Of a stretch of DNA of 64,000 nucleotides, positions 25,601 to 37,600 are shown piece by piece. Where the stretch lies: assembly GCA_977017645.1 (NCBI GenBank), contig OZ360256.1:10726001-10790000 (forward strand). Reading direction: 5' to 3'. The translations under genes were made by a program, and so were the position numbers. Source of the stretch: Torpedo marmorata. Taxonomy: Eukaryota. Each line of letters opens with the position of its first letter. Within the stretch, counting starts at the first letter, position 1. The notes below the pieces were generated by a model. It had not been told where the DNA came from. It saw only the letters and a program-made list of their open reading frames with translations, and did not search any database.

Positions 25601-28600
25601 ATCTCGGACCCTGCCCCTCGGCCCCCTGTCCCTCACCCCTTGCCTCGGGGCCTTGTCCTTGCCTCTCATCCCCGGGCCTCACCCCTCCCTCCCCCCCTCG
25701 CACCTTCCCCCCCGTCCCTTCCCCTTGCCCCTGGCCTTGGGGAGTTGACTCGGACCACCATGTCCCCGCAGAGTCCACATGTCACACACGGGGGTGGGGG
25801 GTCCCGGAGACGGACGGGGATGGGGGTGGTTGTGTCTGTCATGGGAAATGCCTCATGGTGATTACCTACGGTTGACCTCTCTGACTTCCGGATGACCTCA
25901 CCGACCTCCAATTGACCTCACCGACCTCCAATTGACCTCACCGACCTCTGGTTGACCTGCCCCACCTCCAGTCGACCTCGCCAACCTCCAGTCGACCTCC
26001 CCGTTTTCTGTTTGACCTCACTGCCCATGTCACTGCAGGGCGGGAGCGCCGGCCTCTCCGTGGACGGTTTGGACACGTGGCGGCGCTGATGAACGGCAAC
26101 GTGCTGCTGGTGGCCGGTGGTTTCGGGGGCCGACCCCTCGGGGACCTGGTGGCGTACAAGGTGCCCATCTATGTGTCACAGGTCCTGGTGCAGAACGTGA
26201 GTGGTGGGGGGGAAGGGGAGGGAAGGGTGGACGGGGTGGGGGGGAAGGGTGGACGGGGCAGTGGGTGGGGGGTGGAGGGGGCAGGGTCAGTGCGAGGGGT
26301 CGTGTGGTCTGTGCGAGTGGGGAGTGGGGAAAGGGACTGATGGCGGGGCTGTAGGTGTAGAGATGGGGAGGGGAGGGGGTGCGGGGAGGGGAAGAGGAGG
26401 GGAGTGTGGGAGGGCAGTCGGAGAGGGGAGAGAGTGTGGGGAGGGGAGTGGGATGGAAGGAGCGTGGAGAGGGGAGAGGGTGTGAGGGAGGGAGAGGAGG
26501 AGGGGAGGGGTGGGGGGAACGGGGAGGGGAGTGGTGGAGAGGATGGGGAGGGGAGTGGGTGTGGAGCGGAATGGGAACGGAGGGGGAGAGGTGTATGGGT
26601 AGGGGAGGGGAGGTATGTGGGGAGGGGAAAATGTGGGGGAAGGGGGCGGAGTGGGGGAAGGGGTAGGGGAGGGAAGTTGGGGAGGGGAGAGTGGATAGGG
26701 GAGGGGAGAGGGTGTGGGAGGGGAGTGGGGGGAAAGGAGAGGCTGTCGGGGAAGGGTGAGGGGCGTGGGGAGGGGAAGGGGGAGTAGAGTGGGGGAGAGG
26801 GGTGTGGGGGGGAGAGGAGGAGAGGCTGTGGGGGTGGGGAGAGGGTATGGGTAGATTGGGAGAGGGGAGGGAGTAGTGGCACGCTGGCCGCGGTCAGTAC
26901 CGGGGCAGGGCCGGCGTTTGGTGCTCCGGGGTCTGGCACCGGTTGGATGACCCTGACCTCTCTCCGGTGCAGGTTCACCTGGACTACTGCTCGCTGTATG
27001 GCGCTGAGAGCGGCTGCCGCAAGGACCCGGCCTGCGTGTGGTGTCAGGGTCGCTGCCAGACCTACCAGGCTCACAGCACGGTGAGGGGGGGGGGGGGGTG
27101 GGGTGTGGTGCCGAGTCCGAGACGGTGATGTGTGGTGGTGGTGACGTGCGGTGACAGTGAAGTGCGGTGACAGAGACATGTCCGTGATGATGGCGTGTCC
27201 GTGGTGGTGACGTACGGTGGCGGTGAGGTGCGGTGACGGAGACATGCCCGTGACAGTGAAGTGTCCGGTGATGGGTAATAGGCCCGGTGATGAGCATGGT
27301 GACAGTGACGTGTAGTGAAGGGCCCGGTGTTGGTAACAGTGATGGTTCAGTGTCGTGAGGTGACGGTGATGTGTGGTGATGGTAACGGTGATGGTTCGGT
27401 GACATGAGGTCATGATGACATGCGGTGACGGTAACGGTTCAGTGACGTGCGATAATGGTGGTGGTGACATACTGTTACGGTGACGTGATGGTAATGTGCG
27501 GTGACGGTGATGTTCGGTGAGGTGTGGTGTTAGTGACGGCCTGGTGACGGTGATGTGTGGTAATGATGAAGGTCCGGTAAAGGTGACATGCAGGAATGGT
27601 GTCAGCCCGGTGACGGTGATGTGTAGCTATGGTGACATGATGGTGACGGCCCGGTGACGGTTCATTGACGTGTGGTGACGGTTTGTTGACGTGACGGTGT
27701 TATGTGGTGACGGTTCGTTGACGTGCAGTGATGGTGACGTGCGGTGACGGTTCGTTGACGTGTGGTGACAGTTCGTTGACGTACAGTGACGTGCGGTGAC
27801 AGTTTATTGATGTGCGGTGACGGTGACGTGTGGTGACGGTTCGTTGACGTGTGGTGACGGTTCGTTGATGTGCGGTGACGGTTTGTTGACAGTTCATTGA
27901 CATGCGGTGACGGTTCGTTGACGTGTGGTGACGGTTTGTTGACGTAAGGTGACGGTTCGTTGACGTGAGGTGGCGGTGACGGTGACGTGTGGTGACGGTT
28001 CGTTTGCGGTGACGGTTCGTTGAAGTGCGGTGATGGTTCGTTGACGAACGGTGACGTGTGGTGACGGTTTGTTGACGTACGGTGACAGTTCGTTGACGTG
28101 AGGTGCCGGTTCATTGACGTACGGTGACGGTTCATTGACGTGCGGTGACGGTTCATTGACGTGCGGTGACGGTTCGTTGACGTGTGGTGACTGTTGACGT
28201 AAGGTGACGGTTCGTTGACGTATGGTGCCGGTTTGTTGACATACGGTGGCGGTTCATTGATGTACGGTGACGTGCGCTGATGGTTCGTTAACGTACGGTG
28301 ACGTGCAGTGACGGTTCGTTGATGTGCGCTGACAGTTCGTTGATGTGCGCTGATGGTTCGTTGACGTGCGCTGACGGTGACGTGTGGTGACGGTTCGTTG
28401 ATGTGCGGTGATGGTGACGTGTGGTGACGGTTCGTTGACGTGCGGTGACGGTGACGGTTTGTTGGCATACAATGACGTGTAGTGATGGTTTGTTGACGTG
28501 CGGTGACGGTTCGTTGACGTGCGGTGACGGTGACGTGTGGTGACGGTTTGTTCACGTAAGGTGATGGTTCGTTGACGTGAGTTGCCGGTTCGTTGACGTA

Positions 28601-31600
28601 CGGTGACGGTTCGTTGACGTACGGTGCCGTGCGCTGACGGTTCGTTGACGTGCGCTGACGGTTCGTTGACGTGCGGTGACGGTGACGTGCGGTGACGGTT
28701 TGTTGACGTGCAGTGACGGTAACAGTGAAGTGCCATGACAGTGAGATGTTCTCTCGGCAGTGCCCACACCTGGGATGTCTTGGACTGGCCAGGCTCCTGA
28801 CGGACTGCCAGTCGTGCCTGGTGTTTGGACAGAGCCGTCAGTCACCCCCACAGGCTCCCGGCACCCTGGGGTGGTGCGTTCAGACCGTCTCCTGTCTCCC
28901 CACCACAGGTAACCGTCTGGCTGTGCCGGGAATGGTGACGGCAGTGAGTGACCAACCGGGGTGGAGGGGATGGGCCCCAGCATTTCGGGGGGAGGGGACG
29001 GGATCCCAGGGTCTCAGGGGGAGGGGATGGGGGAGGCGACGGGGTCTCTGGGGAGGGAGGGGATGGGGTCTTTGGGAGGGAGGAGACGGGGTCTCTGGGG
29101 GGTTTGAGGGCTGGGTGGGGAGGGGACGGGTGTGGGAAGGGTTGAGTCTCTGGGTGGGGGTGAGAGTCAGGGCACGTTGTCACCTCTCCTTCACCCCCTC
29201 CCCCTCCCACCACAGAACAGGCTCGGTGCCGGGTGGAGCCGGTGTCAGGGACTGTGGGCTGGTGGGGCGCCGAGACCACCTTCATCACCGCCCTGGAGCA
29301 GTGTGAGAGGGCTGACCTCCGGCCAGGACTACACCTGCTCACCTACCTGCACCCCGTCAACCTGTCACAGCCCGACCAGGTGAGTGTGGGGACCCCCAGC
29401 TAACCCCTAACCTTTGACCTCTGGCCCTGACCTCCGGCTGACCCCTGACCTCTGGCCAGGACTGTAGTTGCTCACCTACCTGCTCAATCTGTCGTAGCCT
29501 GACAGGTGACTGTGGGGACCCCAGATAACCCCCTGACCTCGGACCCCTGACCTCCGGCCCGGCCTACACCTGGTCACCCACCTGCACCCCGTCAACCTGT
29601 CGCAGCCCGACCAGGTGAGTGTGGTGACCCCAAGGTAACCCCCTAACCTTTGACCTCCAACCCCTGACCTCTGATCCCTGATCAAACCTGTCGCAGCCTG
29701 ATCAGGTGAGCATGGTGACTCCGAGGTAACTTTCTTGACCTCCGACCTCCAAATCCTGACCTCTGACCCCCAACCAACCTCAGCCCCATCAACCTGTTGT
29801 GCCCTACTAGTTGAGTGTGGGGGCACCGAGATAACCCCCGACCTCCGAACCCCCCCACGCCCGACCGCCGAAACGCCCCCACGCCCGACCTCCGACCCCC
29901 CCCCCCCGCCCAACTCCATCCCCTGCATGTGTGCGCCCCCCTCATGGTGACACCTCCCCTCACGGTGCCCACCCAGGTGGAGATCACGGCGGCCCCGACC
30001 CTGGTGCGGACCCCCCGCTCGGAGCTGACAGGGGTCTCCGTTCTCCGTGGCTTCGTCCACCCGCTGTTCGAGGCGCCGGTTCCCTCCGACGCGGTGACCG
30101 TGGCGGTGAAGATCCAGCGGCTGCAGCTGGTGGTGCAGATCGGCCGGAGGGCTAACAGCCTGGACATGGTGAGTGCTGGGGGCGGTGGGGTGGGAGGGGG
30201 GCGCTCAGCGCCAACAGCCGGGACAGTGAGTGCCGGGGAGGGGATGGAGGGGAAGGGGAGGTGAGGGGGGCAGGGGGAGTGGAAGGGAAGGGGTTGAGAG
30301 GGAGCTCAGCTCCAACATCCTGGACGTGGTGAGTGTTTGGGGGGGAGGTGGGGGGAAGGGAGTGGGGGGAGGGGCCTCAGTACCAAAAGTCTGGACGGCG
30401 AGTGTCAGAAGAAGGGTGGGTGGGGGACATGGGGAGTGTATGGGAAGAGAGTAGGGAGCGAGGGAACGTGGTGGGGAGATGGGGGAGGGGGGCTCAGCGC
30501 CAACTGCCTGGACATGGTGGGGGGCAAGGGAACGGGGAGGAAAGGGGTTGTGGAATGGAGAAATGAGGGAGAGGGGAGTGAGGGAATGGAGGGGGAGGGG
30601 GGCATGGGGAGAGTTGGTGGGAGGTTGGGGATTGCATGGGAGGAGAGGGGAGCTAGAGAACGGGCGCGAGGGAGCAAGGGAATGGGGAGAGGGTAGTGGA
30701 GGGGGGAATGAGGGGAAAGGGAGAGGGTGGGGAAACAAGGGGAGGGGTGGAGGGAGTAAGCGGGAGGGGAGGGGCAGAACGAGAGGGAGGGAGGGTCTGG
30801 GAAGAGTCGGTGGGGTCAGGGGAGGGTCAGGGAAGGGTCATTTGGGGTCAGGAAAGCGTCGGTGAAATCAGGGAAGGGTTGATGGGGTCAGTGGGGGTCA
30901 GGGAAGAGTCGCTGGTGTCAGGGAAGGGTCGGTGAAATAAGTGGAGGTCAGGCAAGAGTAGGTGGGGTCAAAAAAGGGACGGTGGGGTCAGTTGGGGTCA
31001 GGGAAGGGTCGGTGGTCAGGGAGGAGTCAGTGGGGGCAGGGAGGACGGGGTCAGGGAAAGGTTGATGGAGTCAGAGGGGGTCAGGGAAGTATCGGTGGGG
31101 TCACTGGAGGCCTGGGTAGGGTCGGTGGGGTCAGTGAAGGGTCAGTGGGGGTCAGGCAAAGGTCAGTGCGGGTCAGGGAAGGGTCGGTGGGGGTCATGGA
31201 AGGGTCAGGAGGGCCTGGGAAGGCTCAGTGGGATGGTGAGGGGCTGTCCTGACCTTCATGTCCTCCCCTGGGTGAGGACAGGAGGAAGTTGGACACTGGG
31301 ACAGCGCGCCGGAGAGGGAGACACGAGTCCTGCAGCGGAACAGTGGAGGCCGGCTCTTCCCGGACCTGGAGCGCGGGAACAAGTACGCCATCCGGCTGGA
31401 GGGAACACTGAACAACTCCGGACACGGACAGGCCAGTGAGATGACCTTAACCTGGGAGCGTTCCAAGCTGCTGGGAATGTCGGTGAGTGCAGTGTATCTG
31501 CCCCAGAATAACGTGCCCCTTCCCGGAGTATATCCCCCCGGAATACTGTGCCCCTTCCCGGAGTGTATCCCACCCCGGAATACCATGCCCCTCCCCGGAG

Positions 31601-34600
31601 TGTATACCACCCGGAATACTGTATATCCCCCTGGAATACCATGCCCCTTCCCGGAGTGTATACCACCCGGAATACTGTATATCCCCCTGGAATACCATGC
31701 CCCTTCCCAGAGTGTAACCCAACCCGGAATACCATGCCCCTTCCCAGAGTGTATCCCACCCCGGAATACCGTGCCCCTTCCCGGAGTGTATCCCCCTGGA
31801 ATACCGTGCCCCTTCCCGGAGTGTATCCCCCCCTGGAATACTGTGCCCCTTCCCGGAGTGTATTCCACCCCAGAATACCGTGCCCCTTCCCGGAGAGTAT
31901 ACCACCCGGAATACTGTATATCCCCCCTGGAATACCGTGCCCCTTCCCAGAGTGTAACCCACCCCGGAATACCGTGCCCCTTCCCGGAGTGTATCCCACC
32001 CCAGAATACCGTGCCCCTTCCTGGAGTGTATACCACCCGGAATACTGTATATCCCCCCTGGAATACCGTGCCCCTTCCCGGAGTGTATCCCCTGGAATAC
32101 CGTGCCCCTTCCCGGAGTGTATCCACCCGGAATACTGTGCCCCTTCCCGGAGTGTATCCCCCCGGAATACCGTGCCCCTTCCTGGAGTGTATCCCCCTGG
32201 AATACCGTGCCCCTTCCCGGAGTGTATCCCACCCCGGAATACCGTGCCCCTTCCTGGAGTGTATACCACCCGGAATACTGTATATCCCCCCTGGAATACC
32301 GTGCCCCTTCCCGGAGTGTATCCCCTGGAATACCGTGCCCCTTCCCGGAGTGTATCCACCCGGAATACTGTGCCCCTTCCCGGAGTGTATCCCCCCGGAA
32401 TACCGTGCCCCTTCCTGGAGTGTATCCCCCTGGAATACCGTGCCCCTTCACGGAGTGTATCCCACCCCGGAATACCGTGCCCCTTCCTGGAGTGTATACC
32501 ACCCGGAATACTGTATATCCCCCCTGGAATACCGTGCCCCTTCCCGGAGTGTATCCCCTGGAATACCGTGCCCCTTCCCGGAGTGTATCCACCCAGAACA
32601 CTGTGCCCCTTCCCGGAGTGTATCCCCCCGGAATACCGTGCCCCTTCCTGGAGTGTATCCCCCTGGAATACCGTGCCCCTTCCCGGAGTGTATCCCACCC
32701 CAGAATACCGTGCCCCTTCCTGGAGTGTATACCACCCGGAATACTGTATATCCCCCCTGGAATACCGTGCCCCTTCTCAGAGTGTATCCCCCCAGAATAC
32801 TGTGTCCCTTCCCAGAGTGTATCCACCCTGGAATACCGTGCCCCTTCCCGGAGTGTATCCCCCCCCCTGGAATACTGTGCCCCTTTCCGGAGTGTATCCC
32901 CTGGAATACCGTGTCCCTTCCCGGAGTGTATCCCCCCGGAATTCTGTGCCCCTTCCCGGAGTGTTTCCCCCTGGAATACCGTGCCCCTTCTCAGAGTGTA
33001 TCCCCCCAGAATACTGTGTCCCTTCCCAGAGTGTATCCCCCCTGGAATACCGTGCCCCTTCCCGGAGTGTATCCCCCCCCTGGAATACTGTGCCCCTTCC
33101 CGGAGTGTTTCCCCCTGGAATACCGTGCCCCTTCCCAGAGTGTATCCCCCCGGAATACCGTGCCCCTTCCTGGAGTGTTTCCCCCTGGAATACCGTGCCC
33201 CTTCCCAGAGTGTATCCCCCCGGAATACCGTGCCCCTTCCTGGAGTGTATCCCCACCGGAATACCTTCCCCCTTTATGGTGGGGGGGAGAATGTTCCCGG
33301 TGGGGGTGGGATATTCCCAGGGTGGTGGGGTGGGTGGGATTGTTCAATGGGAGGAATGTTCCGGGGATGGGTTGTTACTGGGAGGGGATATTCCAGGGTC
33401 GATGTTCCCGGGGGACGGAGGGTGGGTGTTCCTCGCCCTGGGACAGGTGGAGGGGTGGGGGTGGGACGGAGGGGGGTGTTCCTCACCCTGGGACGGAGGG
33501 GGTGGGACGGAGGGGGGAGGGGAACAGTGGGGTGGGGGTGGGACGGAGGGTGGGTGTTCCTCACCCTGGGACAGGGGGAAGGGTGTGGGTGGGGCGGAAG
33601 GAGGTGGGTGAGACGGAGGGGGGAGGGGGACGGATGGGGGGAAGTGGGACGGAGGGGTGGGGGTGGGACGGAGTGGGGGTGTTCCTCGCCCTGGGACGGA
33701 GGGGGGATGTTCCTCGCCCTGGGACAGAGGGGTTTGATCTCAGCCCTGTGGCTGACGGAGGGGGGGTGTTACTGGCCCTGCTGCGGATGGGGTGGTGTGG
33801 GTCGGTGGGGGTGGGGGGTGGTGGAACAGACGGAGGGGATGTTCCCCTCCCTGCGGCGGACGGGTCACTGTGTGTTCACCAGCGTCCCCATTACAGGAGA
33901 TCTCCTACCACTTCCTGGAGCCGTTCCGGTCGGACGACTGCGACTCGCTGGGCTCGTGCCTGTCCTGCCTCGCTGATCAGGGCTGCAGCTGGTGCCCGGG
34001 GACTCGGCGCTGCCAACCACGGGCAGCAGGCACTGACAGCCAGTGCGGCCGGGATTGGCTGCCGGTGCTGACTCCGACAAACTGCCCGCTGTGTGACCAG
34101 CACACCGAGTGTGAGCTCTGCAGTCGGGTGAGTGCCCTTGGACGGGATTGCCATGGACTCCTGCAGACCCCTGTGGATCCCCACGAGCCCTTTCAGACCC
34201 CTGCAGACCCACTCAGACCCTAACGGATCCCTGCGGACCGCCGCAGATCTGTCGCGGTCGTGTACTTACCTTAGTCGGGAGCGGTGCCGGCCGCCGCTGA
34301 TGACGTAAGCGATGTGACGCGCGGTGGTAATAGCGCGCATGCTGTGGTAAATCAGTGCCGCTACAGACCCTCACAGATCCTCGCTGACCTCCACGGACCG
34401 TCGCTGACGCCCACGGGCCTCCACAGCCCCCCGCGGACTGCCACAAACCCCCCGCGGACCTCCCGGACTCTTGCGGACCTCTTCTGACCCTCACAGACCC
34501 CTACGGGACCCCTGGACCCCCCACTGACCCCCTCCCCCCTCACTGCTCCCCCTCGCTGCCCCCCCCCAACCCCCCTCACAGTGCCCCCTCATGTCCCCAC

Positions 34601-37600
34601 AGGATCCATTCTGTGAGTGGGTGGTCAGCAGGACCGGCGACATCCAGTGTGTCCGGCGGGGACGGTGGTCCCACGGAGTCCGGGACCCCTCCCGTTGTCC
34701 CCCACCCTGTCACCGGTGAGCACCCTGGTGTGGGGAGGGAGGGGGAGGTGTTGGCAGGGGGGAGCGAACGGGAAGAGGGTGAGGAGGTGGAGCGTTGGGT
34801 GGGATGGTGAGGGTGGGGGTGGGATTCCCTGTCCGCCCAACCTCCTTCCCCCGTCCGTCCGCCCTCCTTCTCCCATCCGCCCCTCCCTCCTTCCCCCGTC
34901 CACCCCTCCCTCCTTCCTCCGCTCCTTCCCCCGTCCACCCCTCCCTCCACCCCCGTCTGCCCCTCCCTCCTTCCTCCGCTCCTTCCCCCGTCCGCCCCTT
35001 CTTCCTTCCCCCGTCCGTCCCTCACTCCTTCCCCCGTCCATCCCTCCCTCCTTCCCCCCCTCACTCCTTCCCCTGTCCGTCCCTCCCTCCTTCACCCCCT
35101 CACTCCTTCCCCTGTCCGCCCCTCCCTCTTTCCCCCGTCTGTCCCTCCCTCTTTCCCCCGTCCCTCCCTCCCTCCTTCCCTTCCCTCTCTGCTTCCCCTT
35201 CCCCCGTCCGCCACTCCTTCCTTCCCCCGTCCGCCCCTCCCTCCATCCCTGTCCGCCCCTCCCTCCTTCCTCCGCTCCTTCCCCCGTCCGCCCCTCCCTC
35301 CTTCCCCCATCCGTCCCTCCCTCCTTCCCCTGCCCCTCCCTCCTTCCTCCGTCCCTCCTTCCCGTCCCTCTCTGCTTCCCTCTCCCTCCTTCCCCCGTCC
35401 GTACCTCCCTCCTTCCCCGGCCTGCCTCCCGTGCCGCCACCCCCTCAGGAGTTGGGGAAGGGGTGCGTGCTCTCCTGTATGGTTGCCACCTCTGCCTGGC
35501 CTGCCCGGTGTGCTCGTCATTGTGTCGTGTGTTTCCACAGGCGAACCTCTTGCCGGGAGTGCCTGGGGAACTCCAGCCAGTGCGCCTGGTGCCAGTCGAC
35601 TCAGACATGCTTTCTCTTCGCGTCCTACCTGACCAAGTACCCCTCCGGGGAGTGTCGTGTCTGGTCTGACAGGTAGCTACCATTCACTTCCCACCGCCCG
35701 TTCATCCCGACAGTCCGCAGACGCTGGGAGCGAACGCATCACCCAGACACGCTGGAGAAACTCAGCAGGTCACGCAGCATCTGCGGGAAGTGAGGGATGA
35801 CCAATGTTTCGGGTCTGGGCCCTTCGTCAGGTATAAACTGAACCAGTCGAGTCTGAATGGAAAGGTGGGGGGAGTAACACAGGCTAACAGGTGTTGGGTG
35901 AATACAGGTGGGAAGGTCTCCGATCGGAGATCTTCCCTCTCCCTCCATCACGTCTCAGCTTCTATCTCTTCAACCCTCCCACCTGTATTCACCTGTGACC
36001 TCTTACCTGTTAGCCTGTTCTCCTCCCCCCTGCCGCTTTCTCCCTCCTCTCCTCCCCTACCCCTTCCTCCCTCCTCTCTTCCCCCTGCCACCCCTCCCTC
36101 CTCTCCTCCCCTGCCCCTTCCTCCCTCCTCTCCGCCCCCTGCCCCTTCCTCCCTCCTCCTCCTCCCTTGCCCCTTCCACCCTCCTCTCCGCCCCCTCTCC
36201 CTTCCACCCTCCTCCTCCCCTGCCCCTCCCTCCTTTCCTCCTCTGCCCCTTCCTCCCTCCTCACCTCCCCGTCCCTTCCGCCCTCCTCTCCTCCCCTGCC
36301 CCTTCCTCCCTCCTCTCCTCCCCCTGCCCCTTCCTCCCTCCTCTCCTCCCCCTGCCCCTTCCTCCCTCCTCTCCTGTGATCCTTCAACCCTCCTCCCCTG
36401 TCCCTTCCTCCCTCCTCTCCTCCCCTGTCCCTTCCACCCTCCCCTGTCCCTTCCACCCTCCCCTGTCCCTTCCACCCTCCTCTCCTCCCCTGTCCCTTCC
36501 TCCCTCCTCTCCTCCCCCTGCCCCTTCCTCCCTCCTCTCCTCCCCCTGCCCCTTCCTCCCTCCTCTCCTGTGATCCTTCAACCCTCCTCCCCTGTCCCTT
36601 CCACCCTCCTCTCCTCCCCTGTCCCTTCCACCCTCCCCGTCCCTTCCACCCTCCCCTGTCCCTTCCTCCCTCCTCTCCTCCCCTGTCCCTTCCACCCTCC
36701 CCGTCCCTTCCACCCTCCCCTGTCCCTTCCTCCCTCCTCTCCTCCCCTGTCCCTTCCACCCTCCCCTGTCCCTTCCTCCCTCCTCTCCTCCCCTGTCCCT
36801 TCCTCCCTCCTCTCCTCCCCCTGCCCCTTCCTCCCTCCTCTCCTCCCCCTGCCCCTTCCTCCCTCCCCTGTCCCTTCCTCCCTCCTCTCCTCCCCTGTCC
36901 CTTCCACCCTCCCCGTCCCTTCCACCCTCCCCTGTCCCTTCCTCCCTCCTCTCCTCCCCTGTCCCTTCCACCCTCCCCTGTCCCTTCCTCCCTCCTCTCC
37001 TCCCCTGTCCCTTCCACCCTCCCCGTCCCTTCCACCCTCCCCTGTCCCTTCCTCCCTCCTCTCCTCCCCTGTCCCTTCCACCCTCCCCTGTCCCTTCCTC
37101 CCTCCTCTCCTCCCCTGTCCCTTCCTCCTCTCCCTCCGCCCACCTTTTTATTCACGCCTGTTTTCCTCACACCTTAACGAGGGGCCCAGGCCCGAAACGT
37201 TGGTCACCCTTTACTTCCTCTGGATGCTGCGTGACCTGCTGAGGTTCTCCAGCACATTTCTGTATGGCAGTCAGAAGGGTTCTTCTACGAGCAGTCTTAA
37301 CAGGTCAGCTCTAACGTTCACACAGCCCATGGCAGAGCACGATGGACAGAGTGTGGGGTTACAATGTAAAGGAAGATCAATTAGCACCAAGCAGGGCAGT
37401 GCGAGAGCGCTGGTGTGGGGTTCATTCAGGAGCCTGACGGCTGCAGGGAATGAACTAATTTTCCTGCTAATTCTGCCTAAATTAATTTAATTTAGACATA
37501 CAGCACGGTAACAGGCCCTTCTGGCCATGAGCCCGTGCCGCCCAAATACACCATTTAACCTACAACCCCCGTACGTTTTGAAGGGTGAGAGGAAACCGGA

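Larger units (their letters stand above)
21839..34819 (+). repeat. Second copy of 9394-21671 (probable uncollapsed haplotype)
   Basis: Near-identical exons, introns and transposons, differing by SNPs, small indels and VNTR length. Confidence 0.9.

Noticed and set aside
19007-34071. Long Pro/Cys-rich ORFs (638 and 876 aa) reading from exon J into the VNTR
   Set aside because: Intron lengths 1700 and 2414 are not multiples of 3 and the ORFs enter exon K out of frame; multi-frame openness reflects the repeat.
12772-34715. Functional internal exon duplication producing a longer MEGF8
   Set aside because: Phase 2 to phase 1 mismatch gives an early stop, and the 100-N gap plus allele-level divergence point to a haplotype artefact.
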